A stretch of DNA of 64,000 nt, taken from contig CAWGVS010000005.1 in the NCBI GenBank assembly GCA_963826115.1, forward strand, positions 2,016,001 through 2,080,000, in the 5' to 3' direction. Made by a program: the position numbers and the translations under genes. Below, one piece after another: positions 18,723 through 28,516 of the stretch. This stretch comes from an uncultured Candidatus Rokubacteria bacterium. Lineage in GTDB: Bacteria > Methylomirabilota > Methylomirabilia > Rokubacteriales > DASRDR01. The number at the start of each line of letters is the position of its first letter. The first letter of the stretch is position 1. The notes beneath the pieces were generated by a model. It had not been told where the DNA came from, did not search any database, and was given only the letters and a program-made list of their open reading frames with translations.

Positions 18723-19697
18723 CTAGTACTGCTTCTTCAGATCCATCCCGGCGTAGAGGGACGCGACCTGGTCGTAGCCGTTGAACATGAGGGTCTTCCG
18801 GCGGCGGAACTCGCCGATCCGCCGCTCGGTCGCCTGGCTCCAGCGGGGGTGGTCCACGTTCGGATTCACGTTCGAGTAGAAGCCGTACTCGGCCGCCGCC
18901 GCCTTGTTCCAGCTGGTCTTCGGCTCGTCGGCGACGAGCCGGATTCGGACGAGGGACTTGGCGCTCTTGAACCCGTACTTCCAGGGCACCACCACGCGGA
19001 CGGGGGCGCCGTTCTGGTTGGGAAGCACGTGTCCGTACATCCCCACCGTGAGGAGCGCCAGGGGGTGGTTCGCCTCGTCGAGGCGGAGCCCCTCCACATA
19101 CGGCCAGTCGAGCGACGAGCCGAAGAAGCTCGGCTTCGTGCCCGGCATCTGCTCGGGGTCGACCAGGGTCTGGAACTCCACGTACTTGGCGGCGCCGGTC
19201 GGCTCGACCCGCTTGAGAAGGGCCGAGAGAGGGTAGCCGATCCACGGGATGACCATCGACCAGCCCTCGACGCAGCGGAGCGCGTAGACGCGCTCCTCGA
19301 GCGGCGCCAGCTTCAGGATCTCGTCGATGTCGAAGGTCTTGGGCTTCTGACAGAGGCCTCCGACGTCCACCGTCCACGGCCGGGGGCGGAGCGTGTGGGC
19401 GTTCAGCGCCGGGTCGGACTTGTCGGTCCCGAACTCGTAGAAGTTGTTGTACGTCGTGACGCTGTCCCAGGGCGTGGGCGGGTCGGTCACGCTCACCGCC
19501 TGGTTTCGGGTCGCGGCCAGAGGCTGGCCCTTCACCGCCGGCTTGAGCGCGGCTTCCGCCGGAGCGTTCGAGCCTCCGACCGTGGCCGCGGCGGCCGCGG
19601 CCACGCCGGCCATGAAGGCCCGGCGGTTCAGGTACACCCCTCGCGGCGTGATCTCCGACGGGCGCGGATCGTGTGGTCCTGGAACGCGGATCAGCAT
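18723..19697 (-). CDS. msrP: Protein-methionine-sulfoxide reductase catalytic molybdoenzyme
   Basis: Tat motif NRRAFM; [11 protein letters not shown]; [13 protein letters not shown]; [11 protein letters not shown]; [10 protein letters not shown]. Confidence 0.96.
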   Translation of the reverse strand: MLIRVPGPHDPRPSEITPRGVYLNRRAFMAGVAAAAAATVGGSNAPAEAALKPAVKGQPLAATRNQAVSVTDPPTPWDSVTTYNNFYEFGTDKSDPALNAHTLRPRPWTVDVGGLCQKPKTFDIDEILKLAPLEERVYALRCVEGWSMVIPWIGYPLSALLKRVEPTGAAKYVEFQTLVDPEQMPGTKPSFFGSSLDWPYVEGLRLDEANHPLALLTVGMYGHVLPNQNGAPVRVVVPWKYGFKSAKSLVRIRLVADEPKTSWNKAAAAEYGFYSNVNPNVDHPRWSQATERRIGEFRRRKTLMFNGYDQVASLYAGMDLKKQY

Positions 19698-19710
19698 GGC
19701 TCCTCCTAGA

Positions 19711-20898
19711 CTAGACTACGCCGCCCGCCCGCAGGCGGTCGTACTCGGCCCGCTCGAGCCCGAGTCGGCCGAGATAGATCTCTTCGTTGTCCGCTCCGAT
19801 CTCGCGCACGCCGGCGTGCCGGATCGCGCCCGGCGTGCCCGTGAGGCGCGGCACGACCCCGGACATGTGAACCGTCCCCAACCCCGGATCCGGCACCGCC
19901 ACGATGTTCTCGCGGGCCTTCAGTTGCACGTCCTCGAAGAGGTCGCGCACCGAGTTCACGAGCGCGCACGGCACCTCGGCGGCGTCGAGGGTCGACAGCG
20001 CATCCGCGGCATCCCGAGCACCGACCCACGCCTGGACGAGCCCGTCCAGCTCGGCGCGCGCCGCGAGCCGGTCCCGCACCCCTGGAAACCGCGCGACCAG
20101 GTCCGGCGTTCCCATGGCCCGGGCCAGACGGGCGAACATGCGGTCGTTCGTGCAGGCAACCGCCAGCCAGCGGCCATCCCGGCTCTCGTAGTGGTTGTGG
20201 GGCGCGGCGCTCTCGGCAGCCGAGCCGATGCGCTCCCGGACGTACCCCAGCGCCCCGAACACGGGGATCGCGTCGTCCAGAATCCGCACGATGGGCTCGT
20301 AGAGTCCCAGGTCCACCACCTGCCCCTCGCCCGTCCGCTCCCGCGCTCTCAGCGCGATCAGGGCGCCGAGCGCTCCCATGATCCCCGCCAGGTAGTCCGG
20401 CACCGTCGGCGTCCCGGGGGTCACCGGGGGCCGGTCGGGGTATCCCGACAGATATGAGATGCCTCCAACCGCCGCCGCGATGCGCCCGAAGCCGGGGCGC
20501 TCCCGGTAGGGCCCGGTCTGGCCGAACGCCGAGATCCGGACCATCACGAGCCCGGGGTTCTCGGCGCGCAGGGTCTCGTATCCGAGCCCCCAGCGCTCGA
20601 GGGTCCCCGGCCGGAAGTTCTCCGCCACCACGTCGACCCCCCGGCACAGCCGGCGGATCAACGCCTGCCCGCCAGGATCCCGAAGGTTGCACGTGATCGA
20701 CTTCTTGTTGCGGGCGTCGGAGAGCCACCAGAGGGACACGCCGTCGGCCTGGCGCCCGAGCCGCCGGAGGTCGTCCCCCACACCCGGCTGCTCGACCTTG
20801 ATGACCTCCGCGCCGAACTCGCCGAGGAGCGTGGCGCACATGGGCGCCGCGATGAACGTGGCGACGTCCAGCACGACGAGGCCGTCGAGCGCGCCCAC
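19711..20898 (-). CDS. CaiB/BaiF family III CoA-transferase
   Basis: [43 protein letters not shown]. Confidence 0.92.
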   Translation of the reverse strand: MGALDGLVVLDVATFIAAPMCATLLGEFGAEVIKVEQPGVGDDLRRLGRQADGVSLWWLSDARNKKSITCNLRDPGGQALIRRLCRGVDVVAENFRPGTLERWGLGYETLRAENPGLVMVRISAFGQTGPYRERPGFGRIAAAVGGISYLSGYPDRPPVTPGTPTVPDYLAGIMGALGALIALRARERTGEGQVVDLGLYEPIVRILDDAIPVFGALGYVRERIGSAAESAAPHNHYESRDGRWLAVACTNDRMFARLARAMGTPDLVARFPGVRDRLAARAELDGLVQAWVGARDAADALSTLDAAEVPCALVNSVRDLFEDVQLKARENIVAVPDPGLGTVHMSGVVPRLTGTPGAIRHAGVREIGADNEEIYLGRLGLERAEYDRLRAGGVV

Positions 20899-20926
20899 GT
20901 GGTCAGGCCTCGCCTTCCGTCACGAG

Positions 20927-21027
20927 GAAATCAAAGTCAAGGGTCAGACCCTGACTTTGACTTCGGGCGAGGTGGCGGCGGCTGAGGGCGGGGGAATCAA
21001 AGTCAGGGTCTGACCCCACTTTGATTT
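20927..21027. repeat. Pair of AT-armed palindromes (REP-like, GGGTC(A/T)GACCC core) in inverted orientation
   Basis: GAAATCAAAGTCAAGGGTCAGACCCTGACTTTGACTTC (20927-20964) and AATCAAAGTCAGGGTCTGACCCCACTTTGATT (20995-21026). Confidence 0.8.
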
Positions 21028-22901
21028 CAACGGAGGGCCTCGAGAACCTCGGCGACGACCTCGAAGCGGCCGAAGGACGGCATGAGATAGGCGCCGGCGT
21101 GCCGACGCCGCACCTCCGCGAGGGTCGCCTGGGCTGTCTCGATCCCGATCCGGAGGGCGTGGTCTCCCGCGTCGCGAAGCCGCGCCCGGACCGTGTCGGG
21201 GACCGTGATGCCCGGCACCTCGTTGTGCAGGAACTCGGCGTGGCGGAACGAATGGAGCGGCAGGATGCCGATCACCAGGGGCACCTGGACACGCCCCAGC
21301 TGCGCCAGGAATCCGTCGAGCTGCTCGAGATCGTAGACCGGCTGTGTCTGCGCCCACATGGCGCCGGCCGCCACCTTGGCGTGGAGCCGGTCGATCTCCC
21401 GGGCCGCGTCCGCCGCGCCGGGATCCACCGCGACCCCGATCCCGAAGGCGGTGGGCTCGCCGATCGAGTTGCCCGACGCGTCCACGCCCCGGTTCATGCC
21501 CGCGACGATCCGGACGAGGCCGATGGCGTCGACGTCGAAGACGGCGGTGGCGTTGACGTAGTCGCCCGCCCGCGGCGGGTCGCCGGTCATCGCGAGGATG
21601 TTCCGGACCCCGAGCGCGTGGGCGCCGAGGAGGTCCCCCTGGATGCCCATGAGGTTCCGGTCGCGGCAGGTGAAGTGCATGCTGATGTCGAGGCCTGTCG
21701 CCTCGCGGACGAGGAGCGCGGTGGGCAAGACCGCCATCCGGACGCGCCCGAGCGAGCCGTCGTTGATGTCGACCACGTCGACGCCCCGCTCCGCGAGAAG
21801 CTTCGCTCCCTGGACGAGCTTCTCGATGTTGTGGCCCCGCGGCGGGTCGAGCTCCACCGTCACCAGGAACTCGCCGGCGTGGAGCCGCGAGAGGAGCCGC
21901 GACGGTTCCGCAGCCACCCCGAGGGCCAGGGCCTCCTCCCGCTCCAGCGCGACCGGCGTGGCGACCGACACGGTGCGCCGCGGCTCTCCCGCGCCACGGG
22001 CGTGGCGGTCCACCACGTCGCGCATCGCGCGGATGTGGGCGGGCGTGGTCCCGCAGCAGCCGCCGACGATCCGCGTCCCGGCGTCCAGCATGCGGGAGGC
22101 GTAGTCGGCCATGTAAGCCGGCGACGAGAGGTAGATGAGCCGCTCGCCGTGCCGGCTCGGGAGCCCGGCGTTCGGCCTGATCGACACCCAGACCTCGGGC
22201 GCCGCCTCGTGAAGGAGGAGCCCCACGTCGAAGAGAACGCTCGAGCCCACGCCGCAGTTGGCTCCGATGACCTGGACCGGCAGCGAGGCCAGCTCGCGCG
22301 CCACCTCACCCGGGTCCTGGCCGCGGAAGGTGACCCGCTCGTCGTTGAACGCCATCTGGGCCACGAGGGGAAGATCGGCCGAGACGGCGCGGATGGCCGC
22401 CACGGCAAGCCGGAGCTCGCGAACGTCCGAGAAGGTCTCGGCGACGAATCCGTCCACCCCTCCCTCGAGCAGCGCCTCCGCCTGCTCGCGGAAGGCGGCG
22501 ACCGCCTCCGCCTCACCGAGGGTTCCCAGCGGCAGGAGGTACTTGCCGAGCGGGCCGATGGAGCCGAGAACGAACACATCGCGGCCCATCGTCTCGCGGA
22601 CGTCGCGCGCGAGCCGCGCGCCCGCCCGGTTGATGTCGCGAACCCGGCCCTCGAGCCCGTGCACGGCGAGCTTGAAGCGGTTGGCGCCGAACGTGTTGGT
22701 CTCGAGCAGGTCTGCGCCGGCGGCGACGTACTCCCGGTGGATTACCTGGACGGTCTTCGGATCGTGGATGTTCAGGACGTCGAAGCACGCATCGAGCGAG
22801 ACGCCGCGGGCGTACAGCATGGTGCCCATGGCGCCGTCGGCGAGGAGCGGCCCTTCCTGGAGTCGCCGGCCGAGCGCCCCGGAGCCCGTCGCGCTAGACA
22901 T
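21027..22901 (-). CDS. yitJ: Bifunctional homocysteine S-methyltransferase / 5,10-methylene-THF reductase (YitJ-type)
   Basis: DGAMGTML, ETNTFGAN, GANCG and GGCCGTTP (Zn ligands), then MTHFR domain ELDPP, HFTCRDRN, TGDPP, TQPVYD. Confidence 0.9.
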   Translation of the reverse strand: MSSATGSGALGRRLQEGPLLADGAMGTMLYARGVSLDACFDVLNIHDPKTVQVIHREYVAAGADLLETNTFGANRFKLAVHGLEGRVRDINRAGARLARDVRETMGRDVFVLGSIGPLGKYLLPLGTLGEAEAVAAFREQAEALLEGGVDGFVAETFSDVRELRLAVAAIRAVSADLPLVAQMAFNDERVTFRGQDPGEVARELASLPVQVIGANCGVGSSVLFDVGLLLHEAAPEVWVSIRPNAGLPSRHGERLIYLSSPAYMADYASRMLDAGTRIVGGCCGTTPAHIRAMRDVVDRHARGAGEPRRTVSVATPVALEREEALALGVAAEPSRLLSRLHAGEFLVTVELDPPRGHNIEKLVQGAKLLAERGVDVVDINDGSLGRVRMAVLPTALLVREATGLDISMHFTCRDRNLMGIQGDLLGAHALGVRNILAMTGDPPRAGDYVNATAVFDVDAIGLVRIVAGMNRGVDASGNSIGEPTAFGIGVAVDPGAADAAREIDRLHAKVAAGAMWAQTQPVYDLEQLDGFLAQLGRVQVPLVIGILPLHSFRHAEFLHNEVPGITVPDTVRARLRDAGDHALRIGIETAQATLAEVRRRHAGAYLMPSFGRFEVVAEVLEALR

Positions 22902-22927
22902 GGCTCCTCGGCTCCGGAACTCGCGAG

Positions 22928-23563
22928 CTAGACATCCCCCTCCCGGCGCTCGCCGACGCCGGCGGGCAAGCCCCGGGACGAGCCACCCCCCGCCGGAGCT
23001 TCCACGGGGCGGGCGGTTCGCTCCCGCTCCCGGAGATGGCGCACGATCCGGCCAACCACCGCGTCGACGGTCATGCGGGTCGTGTCGAGCGCCAGGTGAG
23101 CGCGACGATAGAAGTCCTGACGGGCCCGATAGAGCGCTGCCGCGTCTTCGGCCGAGCGGCCCGCGAGCATCGGTCGCCCGCCGATCCGGTTGGCTCGGGC
23201 GTACGCCGCATCGAAGTCGGCGGCGAGCCAGACGACCGTTCCCAGCTGCAGCAACCGGTCCATCACCCCCGGCTCGCAGGGAAACCCGCCTCCCGTCGCG
23301 ACCACGTGGGCGCGCTTGTCGGTCAGCGCTTCCAGGACCTCCGCCTCGAGCTGGCGGAAGTAGGGCTCGCCGCGGTCCGCGAAGATCTCGGAGATGGAGC
23401 GGCCCTCGCGGGCGGTGATCATCGCGTCGGTCTCGACGAAGCAACGGCCAAGGCGCCGCGCGAGCAGGCGCCCTACCGTGGACTTCCCGGCTCCCATGAA
23501 GCCCACGAGGATGACGTTTCGCGGCACCGCCGGCGTGACCGGGAGAGGGGCCATGGCTGCCAT
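22928..23563 (-). CDS. aroK: Shikimate kinase
   Basis: GFMGAGKSTVG P-loop, GEPYFR, VVATGGG, RPML. Confidence 0.92.
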   Translation of the reverse strand: MAAMAPLPVTPAVPRNVILVGFMGAGKSTVGRLLARRLGRCFVETDAMITAREGRSISEIFADRGEPYFRQLEAEVLEALTDKRAHVVATGGGFPCEPGVMDRLLQLGTVVWLAADFDAAYARANRIGGRPMLAGRSAEDAAALYRARQDFYRRAHLALDTTRMTVDAVVGRIVRHLRERERTARPVEAPAGGGSSRGLPAGVGERREGDV

Positions 23564-23587
23564 GGCTGGATGATAGCACCGGGATAT

Positions 23588-23666
23588 GGGGCCCGGTTTT
23601 GACTTCCCGACATTCGCGCGCCGAATGAGGACCCGCGGAAACGCTGGGAAATCAGACTCTGACCCC
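23588..23666. repeat. Inverted pair of ~26-bp GGGGTCAG-family REP-like repeats
   Basis: GGGGCCCGGTTTTGACTTCCCGACAT (+, 23588-23613) and GGGGTCAGAGTCTGATTTCCCAGCGT (-, 23641-23666). Confidence 0.65.
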
Positions 23667-23674
23667 GACGCATG

Positions 23675-24084
23675 CTAAGATCGAAGGAGGCCATGTAGTG
23701 CTGGTTCAGGCGGAGCCGGTAGTCCTGGACGACGACGAGGACCTTCACGAGCTCGAGGGCCAACAGGGTGAGATAGCCGGCCCGACACGTCCAGCGACGC
23801 GTGAACAGGAGCAGCGCGGCCACCGCCAGGGTGACGTACCCCCAGAGGAGCGCGTCGACTCCCGCCGGCCCGAGAACCCGGAATCGGTGACACTCCTCGA
23901 AGAACGGCCAGCAGATGGGCACGCCGTCCCTCGACAGGACGCGCCGGAGCGAGGACGTCCGGTGCCAGTTTGCGAAGGTCAGGACGTGGACGACGGCCAG
24001 GACCGACCCGTAGACCCGCAGGATCGGGTCCGCGGCGATCTCTTCGATGCTCCGGCGGAAGAAACCACGAAGGTGAGAGATCAC
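23675..24084 (-). pseudogene. Probable N-terminal remnant of a membrane protein
   Basis: Three hydrophobic segments with ICWPFF..C and QDYRLRLNQHYM; the frame then runs into the repeat and out of frame across the aroK start. Confidence 0.5.
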
Positions 24085-24124
24085 CCGCGGTCACCGTTGG
24101 CCGGAGAGCTCCTCCGGCGAAGGC

Positions 24125-25015
24125 TCACGCCCCGCGGAGGCGGGGGTCGAGGGCGTCGCGGAGACCGTCCCCCAGGAGGTTGAATCCGAGGACGGCCAGC
24201 ATGATGGCGAGGCCCGGGATCGTCGTGATGTGAGGCGTGATGAGCAGGAAGTCGCGTCCCGTCGCCACCATGAGCCCCCAGGACGGCGTGGGGGGCTGGA
24301 CGCCCAGGCCCAGGAACGACAGCGCCGCCTCGACCAGGATCGCGTTCGCCATGAAGAGGGTCGCGTACACGATCACGGTCGGCAGGATGTTCGGCAGGAT
24401 GTGGCGCGTGACGAGCGCCGGCCCCGCCGCGCCGAGCGCGCGGGCGGCCCGCACGAACTCCGTTTCGGTGAGGGCCAGAACGGCGCCGCGGACGATCCGG
24501 GTGACGGGGGGCGTTCCCCAGATGCCCACCGCGATCGTCGTGTTGAGCGCCCCGGGGCCGAGGGCCGACACGACGGCGATCGCCAGCAGAAGGTAGGGAA
24601 ACGCCAGCAGCACCTCGACCCCCCGCATGATGCCGCCGTCCACCCAGCCCCCGAGGAAGCCCGCCAGGCTGCCGAGGACGAGCCCGAGGCCGAGCGCGAT
24701 CCCCACGGACACCAGACCCACCACGAGAGCGACCCGGGCTCCGTAGATGACGCGGGAGAGGATGTCTCGCCCGAACTCGTCCGCCCCGAGGATGTACTTC
24801 CCCCCCGGTCGGGCACGCTTCTCGACGAGGCTCTGCTTCGCGGGGTCCTGAGGGGCGAGCCATGGCGCGAGCCCCGCCGCCGTCACGATCACGGCGACGA
24901 TGAGCAGGCCGACCACGGCCAGGCGGTTCCGCCGGAACCGGCGCCAGGTGTCGCCGGCGAGCGTGTCGGCCCGCCCGGCGGTCGGCGCGAGCGCCTCGAC
25001 CGCCGCACTGCTCAT
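24125..25015 (-). CDS. ABC transporter permease (DppC-type)
   Basis: LGADEFGRDILSR, EFVRAARALG, EAALSFLGLG, GDGLRDALDPR. Confidence 0.93.
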   Translation of the reverse strand: MSSAAVEALAPTAGRADTLAGDTWRRFRRNRLAVVGLLIVAVIVTAAGLAPWLAPQDPAKQSLVEKRARPGGKYILGADEFGRDILSRVIYGARVALVVGLVSVGIALGLGLVLGSLAGFLGGWVDGGIMRGVEVLLAFPYLLLAIAVVSALGPGALNTTIAVGIWGTPPVTRIVRGAVLALTETEFVRAARALGAAGPALVTRHILPNILPTVIVYATLFMANAILVEAALSFLGLGVQPPTPSWGLMVATGRDFLLITPHITTIPGLAIMLAVLGFNLLGDGLRDALDPRLRGA

Positions 25016-25106
25016 CGCGTCCGGCTCGCGGCGTGCGCGCGGTGCGTACCGCCGCCGGTCGCGTGTGGCGCCGGCCAGGGCCAGAGCGCCGGGGCCCGGA
25101 CTCCTG

Positions 25107-25892
25107 TCACCCGAGCATCCAGTGGCCACCGTCGACGCTGATCGTCTGGCCGGTGACATATCGGGCGTCGTCGGAAGCGAAAAAGAGCACGGCGCGGGCA
25201 ATGTCCTCCGGCTCGCCCAGCCGCCGGAGCGCGATCGAATCGAGAAGGCGGCGCTGACCGTCCTCGCCCATGGCCTGCCACTGGCGCTCCGACGCCGGGT
25301 TCGAGCGGACGAATCCCGGCGCCACGCAGTTGACGCGGATCCCGAACGCGCCGAGCTCGCGCGCCGTCTGGCGGGTGAATCCGATCAGCCCCGCCTTGGC
25401 GCTCGCGTAAGCCTGGATCCCCGTGAGGCTGTAGGAGCGGCCCGCACCCGATGAGATGTTCACGATGCTGCCGCGCCGGCGCGCCTTCATCGCAGGGACG
25501 GCGGCCCGCGTGAAGTGAAACGCGCCGTCCAGGTTCACCGAGAAGATCGCGCGCCAGGCCTCCTCGGACACCTCCTCCACCGGCTTCATGGTCTGGCCGA
25601 CGACCCCGCCTGCGCAGTTCACCAGGACGTCCACCCGCCCCTCCGCCGCGACGAGCTCGTCGACGAACGCGGAGACCCGCCGCGCCTCCGTCACGTCCAC
25701 GACGGCCACGCGGCACGGCCCCTCGGCGCGCTCCCCCACCGCCCGGCGGGTCTCGCCCAGCTCGCGCTCGAGCACATCGCACGCCCAGACCGACGCGCCC
25801 TCGCGCGCCAGTTCCACGGCGATGGCGCGGCCGATTCCGTGGGCCGCCCCGGTCACGATCGCCACCTCGCCGAGCAGCCGCCGCTCTCCCAT
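25107..25892 (-). CDS. SDR family oxidoreductase
   Basis: TGAAHGIG, YASAK, VTGQTISVDGG. Confidence 0.92.
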   Translation of the reverse strand: MGERRLLGEVAIVTGAAHGIGRAIAVELAREGASVWACDVLERELGETRRAVGERAEGPCRVAVVDVTEARRVSAFVDELVAAEGRVDVLVNCAGGVVGQTMKPVEEVSEEAWRAIFSVNLDGAFHFTRAAVPAMKARRRGSIVNISSGAGRSYSLTGIQAYASAKAGLIGFTRQTARELGAFGIRVNCVAPGFVRSNPASERQWQAMGEDGQRRLLDSIALRRLGEPEDIARAVLFFASDDARYVTGQTISVDGGHWMLG

Positions 25893-25896
25893 GTCC

Positions 25897-26820
25897 CTAC
25901 CCCTGCCGCGATACGCGCGGATCGAGCACGCCGTACGAGAGGTCCACGACCAGGTTGATCACCACGAACGCCACCGCGAAGATCAGGACCGCGCCCTGGA
26001 GCAGGACGTAGTCGCGGGCGAAGATGGCCTTCACCATGAGCCGGCCGAGCCCGGGCCAGGCGAAGACCGTCTCCGTCAGGACGGCGCCGCCCATCAGCTG
26101 GCCCGCCTGGAGGCCGACGAGCGTCAGGATCGGGATCGCGGCGTTCCGGAGCGCGTGCTTGGCCACCACGAGCCGCTCGCGCACGCCTTTCGCCCGGGCC
26201 GTCCGGACGTAGTCCTCGCGCAGGACTTCGAGCACGCTCGACCGCGTCATGCGGGCGATCATCGCGATGGAAGGAAGCGCGAGGGTCACGGCCGGCAGGA
26301 CGAGATGGGCCGGCGAGCCGACGCCGCCCACCGGCAGCAAGGGCAGCCAGAATGCGAAGACGACGATCATGACCAGGCCCGTCCAGAAGACCGGCATCGA
26401 CAGCCCGAACAGCGAGGACAGCCGAGACAGGGCGTCGAACAGGGAGTTGGGCCAGACGGCGGACACGATTCCGGTCGCGATGCCGACCAGAGCCGCCAGC
26501 ACGAGCGCCGCGGCCGTCAGCTGGACGGTCGCCGGCCACGCGTCCGCGAGCTCGTCCACGACCGGCCGGTTCTGCTGGATGGACCGGCCCAGATCCCCGG
26601 TGGCGATCTGGCCGAGATACCGCGCATAGCGGACCACCAGCGGCCGGTCGAGGCCCAGGTGCTCCCGGAACCTGGCGACGTTTTCCTTGGTGGCCGCGTC
26701 GCCCAGCATGAGCGCAACGGGATCGCCGGGAATGAGATCCATCGTCAGCATGACGACGAACAGCACTCCCAGCAGAACCGGGACGGTCAGCAGGAGGCGC
26801 CGGGCGATGAAGATCAGCAT
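25897..26820 (-). CDS. ABC transporter permease (DppB/NikB-type)
   Basis: IPGDPV, GDLGRS, DYVRTARAKG, ETVFAWPGLG. Confidence 0.93.
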   Translation of the reverse strand: MLIFIARRLLLTVPVLLGVLFVVMLTMDLIPGDPVALMLGDAATKENVARFREHLGLDRPLVVRYARYLGQIATGDLGRSIQQNRPVVDELADAWPATVQLTAAALVLAALVGIATGIVSAVWPNSLFDALSRLSSLFGLSMPVFWTGLVMIVVFAFWLPLLPVGGVGSPAHLVLPAVTLALPSIAMIARMTRSSVLEVLREDYVRTARAKGVRERLVVAKHALRNAAIPILTLVGLQAGQLMGGAVLTETVFAWPGLGRLMVKAIFARDYVLLQGAVLIFAVAFVVINLVVDLSYGVLDPRVSRQG

Positions 26821-26832
26821 GAGTCAGGCCGG

Positions 26833-26879
26833 GATGGGCGCGGCCGCGGGTCCTCGGGCCACCCGCGGCCGTGCCCGTC
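26833..26879. terminator. Long GC hairpin between the SBP and permease genes
   Basis: GATGGGCGCGGCCGCGGGT...ACCCGCGGCCGTGCCCGTC. Confidence 0.5.
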
Positions 26880-26894
26880 GCGCCTCGGACGCGA

Positions 26895-28496
26895 CTACTT
26901 GTCGACCCAGGTCGTCCAGAGACCGAGGTTGTACTCGACCGGGTGGATGACGAACCCCTTGACGCTCGCCCGGGTGATGATGATTTCCTTCGTGTTGTAA
27001 ATCGGCAGCCAGCTTGGATCCTTGGCCAAAATGTCCTGCACCTCGCCGTAGAACTTCTCCCGCTCCGTCTGGTTCAGGCTGCGGCGCGCCCCTTCCAGGA
27101 GCTCGTCGACCCGAGGATTGGAGAAGTGTGTACGGTTCCAGCCCACGGGCTTCAGCTGCTTCGAGTGAAAGAGGGTGAAGAGGGAATAGTCCGCATCCGC
27201 GTTGGTGGTCGCCCAGCCGAACGTCCAGTTGTGTCGATTGAATTCCGCCTGATTGTACTCGTTGAACACGGTCGCCCATTCGCGGAACTCAACCTTGGCG
27301 TCGACCCCAACCTCCTTCCACATCTGCTGGACCGCCTCGGTGATCTCCCCGTCCTTCGGGTAGCGGCCGCGCTGCGCGATCCAGTTGAGAGTGAGCTTCT
27401 GCCCGCCTTTCTGGAGGATGCCGTCCGAGCCGGGAGTCCAGCCGGCCTGGGCGAGGAGCGCCTTCGCCTTCGCGCGATCGAACGGCAAGAGCTGGTCGAA
27501 CTGCATGTCCTTGTAGCCGAACACTCCGGGCGAGAGATAGGACTTCGCCGGCACGCCCAGTCCCTCGACGATGTTGTCGAGAATCGCCTTCCGGTCCACA
27601 GCCTGGATCAACGCCTGGCGGACTCGCGCGTCGTCGAGCGGAGCCATCTTGTTGTTCAGGCCGACGTACACGACCCGGAGGCCGGGCGCCTCGTGCACGG
27701 TGTACTTCGCGTCCTTGCGGAACGTCGGGAGCTGCGCCGGCGACGGGAACATGACCATGTCCGCGTCGCCCGTCTGGAGCGCGATCATCCGCGCGCCTTC
27801 CTCCGGCACCACCTTGAAGACCACGCGGTCGAGGAGGGCCTTCTCGCCCCAGTAGTCGGGGTTCCGCTCGATGACGATCTGGGTGTTCGTCTTCCACTCC
27901 ACGAACTTGAACGGGCCGGTGCCGACGGGCGCCCGCAGCGCCCCTTCGCCCAGCTTCTGGACCGCGGTGGGGGATACGATCGACACGTAGAGCATCGCCA
28001 TGGAGCGCAGGATCGGGCCGTAGGGCTCCTTGGTGGAGATGTCGACGGTGAGGTCGTCGACCACCTCGGCCCCGGCGATCGGGCCTGCGAGGCTGGCCCA
28101 CCGCGCCGGCGGGTTGCTCTTGAACGCCCGGTCGAAGGTGAACTTGACCGCCGCCGCGTTGAAGGGCGTGCCGTCGTGGAACTTCACGCCGGGCCGGAGT
28201 TTGAAGCGGACCTTCGTCGGGTTCATGACTTCGTAGCTCGTGGCCAGCTTCGGCTGGATCGTCATCTTCTCGTCGAGATAGATGAGCGGCTCCAGGATGT
28301 TGTAGTAAACCCACGCGCCGGGGGCCGTCGTCTCGGTGTGCGGGTCGAGTGACACCGGATCCGTCGGCCGGACGATCGTCAGCGTCCCTCCGCGCTTCTG
28401 CGCTTGAACCGAGCCCGCGAGGGCGATCACGCTCACCGCGAGCACACCCGCCAGGACGACTCGAATCCCGGGCGGCAGTCTCCTCCAGCTATGCAT
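26895..28496 (-). CDS. ABC transporter substrate-binding protein, family 5 (GsiB/DppA-like)
   Basis: Signal peptide ending VQA-Q; LRPGVKFHDGTPFNA; PVGTGPFKFVEW; AAGGAG RBS. Confidence 0.92.
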   Translation of the reverse strand: MHSWRRLPPGIRVVLAGVLAVSVIALAGSVQAQKRGGTLTIVRPTDPVSLDPHTETTAPGAWVYYNILEPLIYLDEKMTIQPKLATSYEVMNPTKVRFKLRPGVKFHDGTPFNAAAVKFTFDRAFKSNPPARWASLAGPIAGAEVVDDLTVDISTKEPYGPILRSMAMLYVSIVSPTAVQKLGEGALRAPVGTGPFKFVEWKTNTQIVIERNPDYWGEKALLDRVVFKVVPEEGARMIALQTGDADMVMFPSPAQLPTFRKDAKYTVHEAPGLRVVYVGLNNKMAPLDDARVRQALIQAVDRKAILDNIVEGLGVPAKSYLSPGVFGYKDMQFDQLLPFDRAKAKALLAQAGWTPGSDGILQKGGQKLTLNWIAQRGRYPKDGEITEAVQQMWKEVGVDAKVEFREWATVFNEYNQAEFNRHNWTFGWATTNADADYSLFTLFHSKQLKPVGWNRTHFSNPRVDELLEGARRSLNQTEREKFYGEVQDILAKDPSWLPIYNTKEIIITRASVKGFVIHPVEYNLGLWTTWVDK

Positions 28497-28516
28497 CGAC
28501 CTGTCTCCTTTTTTGG

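Noticed and set aside
20927-21027. Palindrome pair as a mini CRISPR array
   Set aside because: Only two copies, inverted rather than direct, and no cas genes; better explained as REP-like.
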